From: Paragordius varius
Taxonomy: Eukaryota > Animalia > Nematomorpha
Length of the DNA: 64,000 bases
Assembly (NCBI GenBank): GCA_964247055.1
Contig: OZ176052.1
Location: 4,774,001-4,838,000 of the forward strand
Reading direction: 5' to 3'
Shown: one piece after another, positions 27,371 to 37,934 of the stretch
How the letters are laid out: every line of letters starts with the position of its first letter
Position numbering within the stretch: the stretch's first letter is position 1
Notes under the pieces: generated by a model
Told to the model about the DNA's origin: nothing
Databases searched by the model: none
Seen by the model: only the letters and a program-made list of their open reading frames with translations
Position numbers and translations under genes: made by a program

Positions 27371-28205
27371 CTCTGATACTCAAATTACGGGTCACATGCG
27401 GCCCTAAAAGAGCTCTTTCAATCTGAATGAGTAAACTTATTATTTTGATTGCTTATAAAAATATTAATCCCAATTTATTTAATAATCGATAGTGATTTTA
27501 TGAAATTTTACAAAGAATTTCGGGCTTATTTTCTTTGAAACTTATATTTCTGATAAGATAATAGGCATCGTGTTAAATCAATCAATAATAATTTAGAGGA
27601 AATATTAGTATCGCAAAGGATAAGAATATATCAATTTTCGGCAAGATGTGCCTAACAAATATTAAAATATAAAATGTCTGAAAGTTGCTTATTGTTTTGT
27701 CTCAAATTAGAGCAAGACCCTATAATTTTTTAATAAAATATGTTAAAATACATTAGGTTATGACATTATCAACATATTATTATCATATTACAAGTTTCTA
27801 ATCGTGAGAGCAGTCATATGTGACAACCTGTTTCGCCATAGAGCTCCATCTATAGCGTTTTCTGCTTTTGGCCCATATTCTCCTAGCTCTCTTTTTATTG
27901 TGTCCAATACATCTCGTTTTAGGCCACTCACGTCGTTTTCCCACAAATATATGACTCTCTATTGTTTTTGCAATATAAATGAGTATCTTTTATCAATGTG
28001 CCCACAACGTAGCCTATTTTTGTCATTCTTCCCGCTATTGGTTTAACATCCGTGCCCCCACGAATATATCTATTCTGAACTTTGTCCTTTCTTGTTAGCC
28101 ACACATCATTCTAGGCAAATTATTGATTAATATCATATAATGTTTATTTTAGATAATGTAATACAAAATTATTTGTAAAAACCCGCAAAAACTCTTGAGG
28201 CACTG
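27371..28205. mobile_element. Probable non-autonomous derivative of the 34223-36312 hAT family, containing a nested RTE 3' fragment
   Basis: Degenerate TIRs CTCTGATACTCAAA / CTTGAGGCACTG. Subterminal motifs GCGGCCCTAAAAG and CCGCAAAAACTC are shared with the two ends of the hAT element. Flanks ATTTAGAG / ATTTAAAT match 6/8. Confidence 0.5.
27810..28050 (-). mobile_element. RTE-clade LINE 3' fragment (relic)
   Basis: Minus-strand frames read NRLRCGHIDKR...GKRREWPKTR / LDTIKRELGEYG...AIDGALWR, resembling the RTE C-terminal GHxxR...GxRxRGRPxxRWxD...DRxxWR motif. Confidence 0.6.
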
Positions 28206-29008
28206 ATTTAAATAAAGCTGTGCAATATTTGTCGTGTGCGGCAAAGATGGGTATCAAAAAATAAATGTTGATAAATTAAATATCATTCGATAGTTAAAAG
28301 CTTTAGGATAATAATTAACAAAATAATATATGCGGTTTAAATACTAGAAAAAAAGTTGTCTTCATTTTTTATTAGCCAAAATCAAAAAATCGTATTTTTT
28401 TTGCATATTAGGTCAAATAAGTTTTAATACAATAGATGATGTCAACCAAATTTTATTTGTTTTAATATAGCATAAAGATAATTCTAAACGCAAAATATTA
28501 TCGACAAAGATATTAAATTTCGGAGGGCCATAGGAAGATTTTTAAGAAAATTAGCAAAAAAATTGCACTTAGTCGTCGAATTCGTAATTTGGAAAAAGAT
28601 AATTTTTATAAAGACAATCATATCACTAGACAAATTTAACTTTTTTTTACTGCCATATTTGAAAATTTAAATTTAATTAATTATAATGTTCTGAATCTAA
28701 AAATTATTTTGGCCCATGTAAGGATTTTAAGAAAATTATTATTTTGTTAAAAAAGAATGAAAAATTGGAAACTTGATCAAATATTTCATAAGATAGAAAA
28801 AATTGAGAATAACAAACTAATAAGATTAAAAAAAGCATAAGAAACTGTATCTTTCACATATAAATATATTTAATAAGCTTTTATTAAAATTCTTACATAG
28901 AAGCAAAAGTTAAATTTTTTGTTTTATTTGCGAGCTTATCAAAAACATGTATAATTATATCCGAATGTAATGATAACATGATTAATTAATAGATTAAAGT
29001 ATCAGCTG

Positions 29009-29012
<4 letters not shown>

Positions 29013-29040
<28 letters not shown>
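29013..29040. repeat. (TA)n microsatellite; others at about 55078-55097 and 60699-60727
   Basis: Direct reading. Confidence 0.95.
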
Positions 29041-29041
<1 letters not shown>

Positions 29042-29564
29042 GTTTTTGTCCAAATTTAATTTTATCTTAAAATTATTATCCAATTTAAGTACATCAGTGG
29101 CGAAAAACCCAAACCAAATTTATATCAAAATCTATATTCCTTGTATTTATATTTTTTATTGAACGAGATGGATATGGTAAAATTAAAATTTATTTATAGA
29201 CGACGCCACTAGACGGCTGTCACTGAACCACTATTGACTGGTGTATGGAAGGGAAGCAAGGGACGTCTTTTGTGGACAGTGGCGATGTGGGTATGCTACA
29301 CCCTTTTCGTGATACACCTTGATCATTTAAAATGGCTAAAATGCATCGAAAAATCTTTTGAGGTCTGAAAATTAATGCCTTCTCTACGAAAAATATCTGA
29401 TAATTGCTTGGTTTAATATATCATGTATTATATTAACGCTCTTTTTGGTTTATATGAATCAGATTTAACATAGATTGTGGGGAAATATATTATGCTAAAT
29501 AAATCTTTAAATAAACAGTTTGAATCACATTATTGCAAATATATAACATAAATTAATTATTTAT

Positions 29565-29826
29565 TATGATACCAGATGAAATCAGATAACATATTTATAA
29601 TATTGTTCTTGTTATATCTTTTTTCGAATTTTTTCAAATCTTGGTGCATCCTTTCAGCAACCTGATCTGAAATGCAATTAAATGGAAATTGGACAAATTG
29701 TGCGTCAATCATATGGATTTTCATTCTCATTTGACAAGCTACATTTGGAATACTGATATACCCATATTCTAAAACTTCTTATGAGATTCTCTGCCAATTC
29801 TTCACATCGTGCGACTTGTATGATCC
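29565..29826 (-). pseudogene. Transposase C-terminal relic, Chapaev3 (CMC)-like
   Basis: EELAENLIRSFRIW / CQMRMKIHMIDAQFVQFPFNCISDQVAERMHQDLKKFEKK resembles the GCNMSLKIHFLHSHLDFFPENLGAVSDEQGERFHQDI motif. The superfamily assignment is from memory. Confidence 0.6.
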
Positions 29827-30153
29827 TATAATTATAAAATAAATAGTTAAAAATCCATAATCAAACTTTTGCATACATTAAATGATTTCTTCTCTTTCTC
29901 AGTTTATTGTTTAATAAAGGAACTATATATATTTTTTTGATCATCGGACCCGTTGCCACTCCAGCCTCTGATTTAGCCGTGGTGAGTTTAAACTGTTTTT
30001 TCAAAGTTTTTTATGAAAACTGAAAAAACTCCCAATAAAACATGTAAGTTGGGAACGTATGCCTTAATCGATAAGCGGTTCCTCTACACAATTATTCATT
30101 CCCATTGTGAAGGTTCTGGAACCTTAATCTTTTTTATGTAATGTAGAGCACGC

Positions 30154-30447
30154 CCCCTACTATTCCATTGGCAATACAGGCAGTGGTAATTAGGCCTTGA
30201 AATTGATATTGTTGAATAAACAGGGTAACAAATATCCTTTAATAATTGGGTATTCCAGGGCTGCTAAAAATCCTATAAACTCTTTAAGAGTTTTTTTGAA
30301 TCTGTAAATTATATAAGGGAGCAATGGAACGTGCTTGGTGATTAAGTAGTTAAAAAAATAACATTTAGGTGCTTTTGATGCATGCATGCTTGCAGGGTGG
30401 GTGGAATTTCTAAATACCACTGCCTGTATTTTGTGGAATAGTAGGGG
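30154..30447. mobile_element. About 295-bp MITE with about 38-bp imperfect terminal inverted repeats
   Basis: CCCCTACTATTCCA-TTGGC-AATACAGGCAGTGGTAATTAG versus the reverse complement of CTAAATACCACTGCCTGTATTTTGTGGAATAGTAGGGG. No TSD seen. Confidence 0.7.
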
Positions 30448-30929
30448 AATAAATGTCATTTTCTGAAAAGAAAGCTAAGCTATAATCTATCAAAGTTTAA
30501 AATTCATATTGTAATATCCAAATTTGGCGTTTAAAATATGCGAAATAGCCCTTTTACAAGGCCAAAATTTGGGATTTTTTACATCTAAAAATTTCATCGG
30601 GATACTTTTTATGGACATTGTGTAATTGATTTTTAACCAATTTTTAAACCAGTAGTTACCACAATAAGCTTTAGTCTACAAATCTAATTCCATGTTTAAA
30701 TCTACAAAAAAATCAAAATAAAATGAAGTTTTAAAACTTGGCTCCATATATCGTTTCAGTTTTTATATCTAACACTTCATTACCTTTTAACTTTTTGTCT
30801 TAGTTAACACATAGTTTTATACCCTAGAGATCTAAAATAAATTACTGCTTTTTGGTTAAAATTTAATTATCAAACATTGTTCTAATTATTAGAAGAAAAA
30901 AGCCTTTATTTTTTACTTTTGTGACTTCC

Positions 30930-31240
30930 TTAGTCTAAAATCGGGACAACTCCAAAACACGATTCTAACAGCTGATATTAAATTAAAATATAAATGTTGC
31001 TGGTAAAATGTAGTCTGAAAGTTTTTTAAAGTTATTTATTTACATTTTTTAACCATAACATACATTTATTTGCCTATTGCATTAGCCATTACAATTTTCT
31101 TTTTGGAAATATTTTTTGTTTAATGCGCCTAAAAGGCTAAAGAAACATATTTTAAAATTCGGCTTAATTTGAAAACTTTTTAAGATATTAATCGTTCTAA
31201 GATATAAAACATTTCCAAAAGGTCATGGAGTGTTGAAAAC
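30930..31240. repeat. Dispersed repeat, second copy at about 51120-51410
   Basis: GGGACA(A/G)CT(C/T)CAAAACACGATT, CTGAAAG, TAAA(A)TTCGGCTTAATT and ATGGAGTGTT occur in the same order at both loci. Confidence 0.6.
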
Positions 31241-32186
31241 TCGTAAATTATATTCCACCAAAATTAGAAATTTCAAGTAAAAACTAAATAGGGTTATAAT
31301 AAAGCATTTATATTTTATCAGCTCAGCTCTTTTACGTTTATTTAAAAAAAATAATATTGCGATTATTATAAAATCTTTAGGACCTGCAAAATAAAAAAAA
31401 ATAAAATTTTGTTTTGCTTTGTATTGGGTATATAACATTTTCTAGCATGTATATACTTTATGACCTTTTGGAGTAGTGATATATCCGTGTATTGACATTT
31501 TTATACCTTAAAAAATATTTTAGCTATTAGGCCAAATTATATGTTTTCTACAGCCTTTTAGGACTATAAAAAAATTGTTTAAATCAAAATTTTATAATCT
31601 TCATCTAAATGGTATTTTATTAACTTACCAATATGTCATCGCGGACAAAAATGAGAAAAGGTCATGAAGCGGTAAATTATCATTTTTTTTGGATATGACG
31701 CCATTACCAAAATAAATTAAATGCTTCTTAGGCTAAAATAAAATCTTCTCAAATCTTGCGTTTATTTATCCGAAAATATATTTTTAGATTTTTAATGGTG
31801 ATGAAAATTTTTTATAAACTTATAATAATTTATTTAATTTACACCAATGGTACTTAAACAGCGGACAACCGACAGTATGCGGCTATAAATGTTTTTCATA
31901 TCCCTAAACTATTTACCAAATTTTTTATATACTTATTATTACAATTATCTCCGATTTCGTCAAACAGCTATGATATTTTTGCCGGTATTATATGGTGTGT
32001 GGCCCTTGTGACAAGATAAATATTTTTTGCGGTATATGAAAAAAAATAAAATATATTTTTAAATTATACTTAAGCAATTATTAAAATGTGGAATAATTTA
32101 TTTTTTATTACATATTCTGATGCTAATTACAATCACCATAGTTTGATTTTTTACATTTATTTTTTCTTCATTGTTCGGTTCTTCCT

Positions 32187-32944
32187 ATGAAGTTTCGTGG
32201 TGATTTAAAGGAATTCGTTATTGTTGGGAGGAAAATCCCCAAAGGAAAAGAAAGGACTCCTATCTATAAAATGAGAATTTTTGCTCCTGATAAATTAATA
32301 GCTAAATCTAAATTTTGGTATTTTGTTGCAAAGCTAAAAAAGGTTAAAAAGAGTCATGGTGAGTTGTTGGATATCAAACAAGTAATTTTTTTCATAATTC
32401 AGGTTGTTGAAAAAAAACCGCTTAAGGTTAAAAATTTTGGAGTATTGTTGAAATATGAATCGCGCAGTGGAATACACAACATGTATAGAGAGTACCGAGA
32501 TTTGACTGCTGCTGGAGCCGTAACCCAATGCTGTAATTTCCAATCTCTTTTATTTTGATATGCCAAAATTATATTTGTAAATTATAGATAGAGATATGGG
32601 AGCACGTCACAGAGCCAGAGCAAACACCATACAGATAATTAAGGTTGATGAGATACCTTCAACAAAATGCCGTCGCCCTAACATTAAACAATTTCATGTA
32701 ACAATATTTTTCAATTATACAAAATAGTGCCGTTTTTTAGGTTAGTAGAGTTCTCTCTTTGGCTTAGTGACCGGCACTTACATAACCTTTTTTTAGCTGG
32801 ATATATTTGATTTTATCACGATATATTTACACTAAAATTTACATTATATAGAATAGCAAGATTCGATTTCCACTACCACATCGTGTCATCTTGCAAAAAA
32901 ATCGGAGTTTGTTTGCGCTACATCGACCCAAGACATTCTTCTAA
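32187..32944 (+). CDS. RPL18A: 60S ribosomal protein L18a (eL20); exons 32187-32381, 32403-32532, 32588-32697, 32852-32944
   Basis: MRIFAPD...[41 protein letters not shown]|[21 protein letters not shown]|[12 protein letters not shown]...RPKTFF*. Three GT-AG introns of 21, 55 and 154 nt restore the full-length protein. Confidence 0.97.
32382..32402 (+). other. 21-nt intron (RPL18A intron 1)
   Basis: GTAATTTTTTTCATAATTCAG; removal deletes the extra VIFFIIQ and restores ..KQ|VVEKKP.. Confidence 0.92.
32726..32834 (+). ncRNA. Candidate intronic box H/ACA snoRNA in RPL18A intron 3
   Basis: Perfect 7-bp basal stem AGTGCCG/CGGCACT (32726-32/32772-78), internal loop, wobble-rich upper stem, ACATAA (ANANNA) at 32780-85, weaker second hairpin, ACA at 32829-31. 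Confidence 0.5.
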
Positions 32945-33037
32945 AATTTAAATAAATTACGTAATATATATTATGTTTATACTTATTTCTAAAACAATAA
33001 TTTTTAGAAAAATATAATATAATTGTATGATTGTAAA

Positions 33038-33753
33038 TAGAACCGGGCGATTCCTGAAATTTTGGAACCGAGGTGGTTCTTGAACAAGTGGAACCGGAAC
33101 CCCGTTGGTTTTTTAAAAATTTAGTGGTTCCGGAACCGGTTTTTACATTTAGGTTCCTGACATTTGATTAAATGATTTTTACAAAATTATTATAATAATC
33201 CAACCAAAATATTAACAATTATATAAAATAGTGTAGCATAATAAATAAAACAAATTATAAAAATATAATAGGAAAATGTATAAGTACAAACGTATATAAT
33301 GAGTTTTAAACTAAGTATGACATAATTCTTTATTTTAAAAATCATTGCACTAAGCAATACGCTGTTCAAACTGCTTTTCTTGTCTTTTTATATGAAATAA
33401 AGGGTGAAAAAACTCATTTCAACGGGGACCTATATATACGAACATATGTATTATTAGTTTTTTTGGAACAGCCGAATCACCAAAATTGAGAGAATATCGC
33501 TAATATAATATTAGCCGCTTAGTTTTAAATATGTAGTGGTACAATTAAATTTAAATAATAAAATAAAATTTTTATAATAATAATCATATGGGAACCAGTA
33601 ATTTAGGGGGTGGAGCCAGAACCGGGTTGGTTTTAAAAATTTATAGATAGAACCAGGGGTTCCTGAAATTTTAAAATCGGTACCGGGGTGGTTCCCGGGG
33701 AAGCGGAATCGGGACCGCGTTGGTCAGAAACCGGGTTCTGGTTCCAAGCCCTG
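33038..33753. mobile_element. GC-rich non-autonomous element with many GAACCG/GGTTCC subterminal repeats (hAT-like end CAGGGCTTGGAACC on the minus strand)
   Basis: About 70-bp imperfect direct repeat at 33038 and 33648 and clustered GAACC/GGTTC motifs. Only one terminus recognised. Confidence 0.55.
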
Positions 33754-34222
33754 TTAATTATACTTAATTATTGACACGGTTACGTAATAGTCATTCATGT
33801 ATTTTAGTTAATAGTTTCTATTTAATAAATTTATTTACAAAAGGAAATTATATGATAATTCATTCTTTAGAAAATATACCTTACAAATTTCAAAACAATG
33901 TTTTTTAGTATTCAAATATTATAACAATGCGAAAAATCAAGCTTTACAATAATCTTTAGCATTAAAGCTTAATTTAGATCTCATGTTCTCCATGAATTAC
34001 TGTCGGGATGAATACCAATTTTGTAGAAATCAGTTGAATCGCTGTTTTTTACAATTCAGTCAATTTTGATAGAATGAATTATACTATAATATTATAGTTC
34101 CTAGATCGGTAAAAATATCTCAGAAACACAAAAATAATACTACCAACAGAATATATTTGTAAATAAATTTATAGGAAGCAAAAATTTTCTCGTATGAGAG
34201 ATGGTCTTTTTATAGATTAGAT

Positions 34223-36312
34223 TAGTGGTACTCAAAAATTCCACAGCTATTTGACATATGCACATATTTATACTCTATATCAAGACAATGAGTTTTTTGC
34301 GGATCGCATGTAAATCCAGCTAAAGTCGTTTTGCACCATTTAGTTTAAAAAATTAAAATTTGATAACAACATTTATTTTGATATTAACCAATAATTTTTG
34401 ACAAATTAGGTTTCGCCTCATGACAGGCCAATCTTAATACGTCGTCCAATCATCGGTTACGCGATTTCAGTGTGTATTCTTGACATACTTTATTTTTGAA
34501 TATGCCGTCTCACACTAAGTTTAGGCAAAAAAAGTTAGGATAACTTGAGCACATTTTTTTATATCATATTTATTTGGCACATCTTGCCAAAACTATAATC
34601 TTTCTTCTCTACGATTCTCCTTGAATATAGCATCTAAATCGGAATCATTTTTAAAATCTACGAATTCTTCAAATGCGCCTGATCAAAACCGAAATGCTTA
34701 TGTTGCTTAATATTGTATATATCCATATGCCATGGATTTTTAACAAGCATTCTTAAAATTTCTTAATTCATCTGAATTTCATCTCATTAGATAAAAATGT
34801 TGAATGATTGCCAATTATTAAATTAATCTCCGCGGTAAATTCCATATTTTTTCATGAATCCTTTTAAGTGTTGGAAAATATTGGAGTGATTTTTAAAATC
34901 TTGTTTATATATTATTTATATTTTTTAAAGCAAATATTTTAGCAAATTGGGTTATTATTTGCTCCTTTAAAGACTTGTATTAATAATACAAAATTTACTA
35001 ATGTCGCAAAGGTAGAATAAAACACACCATTTGTCACTATTAATTTCCTGGTCAAACTTTCGTTATCTTTTATAAATACTAGAATTCATGTCTTAAAGCA
35101 AAAAATCTATTTAATACTTTGCTAAGGCTTAACCATCTCACAGCGGTATACAAAAGAATATAATCAATCCCACTGTGGATATTTTCAGAAGGTTTTAGTT
35201 ACGGCGGTTGAATTCTCTGCCACGGATGTGGTTAACTATATCCACAACCGTTTTAATTAATGAATTGAGTGATTCATCTTTTACACGCGAAACCAAGTTT
35301 GCTGATGAATAAAGCAGTGAAAGGATAAAATATTTTGCAAATTATATTTGTTTTCAAAAGAGTGATACTAAAATATTTACAGTTTTTAAAGTCAATGTTG
35401 TTAAAAATATATTTAGACATATCTTCAATGCGTCGATCACATGTTGAATCAGAAAGTTGAAGCTTTTTAATTTGCCTCATGATTTGATCTTTATTATTGA
35501 ATTTATCAAATAAAAAAGTGCAACTATTTATTAGACATTCTTCTATTAGTTGGGAATCAGTAAACGGTTTCATATTTTTTCCTAAAATATAGCAAATTGC
35601 ATACGAAGCTATGTCACAGCTTTTTCCTGGGAGAAAGCTATGGACATAATAGATATTTCTTTCTGGTATAATCCTTAATCTTTTAATATTTTCCGTTTCT
35701 TTCCTCATGATTTCTGGTAATTTATGAAAATGATGGATTGTATTATGTCTTTCAATATTGCACTTACCTATAAGGCAGCTAACAACATTTTTATTTAAAG
35801 CGACAAAGAATTTTTCTTCCCGTTTTTTTAAAGGAAAGATTTTTATCGGATAATTTACGTCTTTTAGCATTAGATGTCATCCTTTGTATTTATGTAATAT
35901 TATGTGTATATTTATTCAAAAAATAGGAATATAATTTGAATTATGCTATAAAAAAACAGGTCGGAATTTTATGATGTTGATTTGAAGAATATTTTATTGG
36001 AATGAGTTATAAAAATGATGTAGGATAGCAATGAATAGAATATGTAGATGCAAGTTTGGGTGAAAGGCCTGCTTAAATACAAAAAAGGAATGCAATAAAT
36101 ATTTCAAAATAGAAAAGAAAATAGAATACAGAAACAACGTGTGCCAAATTAGGGAAATTTTATACATTTCACATTGGGTAAAAAAATAAAGTTACCAAAA
36201 TTATATCTAAGTAAAATAAACTAATAACTTTTAAATTCAAAAAAATAATTTTAGTATCAATATGGTCATAGGGCATTAAAGCACTTTTAGGGCCGCGGTT
36301 TGAGTACCGCTG
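34223..36312 (-). mobile_element. hAT (Charlie/Buster/SPIN-type) DNA transposon, internally deleted and pseudogenised, with intact ends
   Basis: 14-bp TIRs TAGTGGTACTCAAA / CAGCGGTACTCAAA and a perfect 8-bp TSD GATTAGAT (34215-22, 36313-20). Transposase remnants: ASYAICYILGKNMKPFTD..LSDSTCDRRIEDMS (35274-35870 ORF), AVRWLSLSKVLNRF (about 35110-35150), YLCDI, CETAYSKIK..RVTD (about 34420-34515). Confidence 0.92.
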
Positions 36313-37934
36313 GATTAGATAATAAGGCGGAATGATTGTATACGATGCCATCTTTAAGCTTAGTTTTTATTTTTCAAATTTTTATTAGACATAACTCTCC
36401 CCAACTAATTATCTAACAGTAACGTTAAAGGTAGCTAAATTTTACTTGTAGCATTACGATTCCTCATTCTTATATCTTAACGCATTACAGTGATAACATA
36501 CTACTATCGTCGCACCGATGTTATCATACTAGATCAAATTATGTATTGCAGAAGGGTATACCATAGTATTCGAGTTTATTTCTATGAACATAACAATTTG
36601 TAAAAACAGGATTCGGCAACGGCAAGTGAGCAGCCCATATGAAGCTTCACCGCGGCCCACATAATCATATAAAAAATTTTAAAATAACATATATCTTGAG
36701 CTTTTGATTGATAATGTTATTCGTATTTTTTCAAAAAATCATTTATATGCCTCTTAATTCACTATTTCAAAAATTGTAAAATAAATTTTGCTTATTTTCA
36801 CATTAGGTTGGTTTAGTTACATTTGAATAAGTTCTGGTTGGCAAAGCCTTTGTTTTAAACTAGCCCTTTCAATTAGCTGCTTTTTCGAATTACTTTTTTT
36901 GAAAAAAAAATACACCTAAATATCTATAAGATTTTTCAGTATATTTACATATATATTCGTACCGATCCTACTTATGTATTTGGGTAATATTTATTGCTCT
37001 GCGCTTTTTTATATGTAAAATACGCCTTCAAATAAAGATATCATGTAAAAATATTTCTGGGGGCAAATGGAATCATAAATAATTATTTTTTTCCCTTGAA
37101 TTCATACCCCGCTTCAGTAAAATTTTGTTATAAATTAAATTTTTAAGCCATTTTTTCGGAAAACATATTTTTCCATGTCAAAATTTATCATATATTAAAT
37201 AATGTTTAACGCAAAAACTCGGCTGGCCATTATTTAAGAGAACTTGCCCATTTTCTTATAAACCTGAAAATTTGAGACTTCTAAATCCCGTATTTAAAAT
37301 TTTAATAAAAGTTTTAGAATGATGTGTACTTTGTTCAAAAATTTAATTTTTAGCGATATATTGTTGCTACTTCTTAATGATATTATTACGCTTTAAGATA
37401 AAAAGTTTTTTATATATATAACAATTGCTTTTCAAGAGTGTACTTTAGCACTTCAAATTGGTAATTGGTCCTTTAATTCAAGTTATTTCTTGATCATTTC
37501 GAGTTTATTGAACAAAGTTGGTCCTTGGACATTTCATGTTGGTCCTTGAGCATATTTGTTTTGCTTTTAATTTGTTAATCAAACCATGTATATATCATAT
37601 TTCTTTAACCTATTATATTTCTAAATTTTTAAATGATCATCGACTTTTTTGTATAAAAACCATAATATATTTTCTTACATAAAATATTTTAATACCAATA
37701 AAATTTTAACGCGTAGGATGAAAGATTTTTCGTTAATAACATTAATTTTCTAATATTATTGTTTAATTGGAAAAAAATGGTTGGAAACAAAGAAGCTGTT
37801 AATGGAAAAGGTTATATTTTAAATAAAAGTTATAATAAACAAAGATATTTGGTTAAAATATAAATAAAATAGATAATTACATTCGAAAATTACGGTTAGT
37901 GGTCAAGGACCAACTTAAGTGTTCAATCAACTTA

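Noticed and set aside
32160-32186. 5' TOP motif before RPL18A
   Set aside because: A pyrimidine-rich tract is present, but the TSS is unknown and T-runs are ubiquitous here.
32382-32402. VIFFIIQ as a real 7-residue insertion in RPL18A
   Set aside because: It is bounded exactly by GT..AG, and removal restores orthologue length at a position I recall as an intron site in vertebrates.
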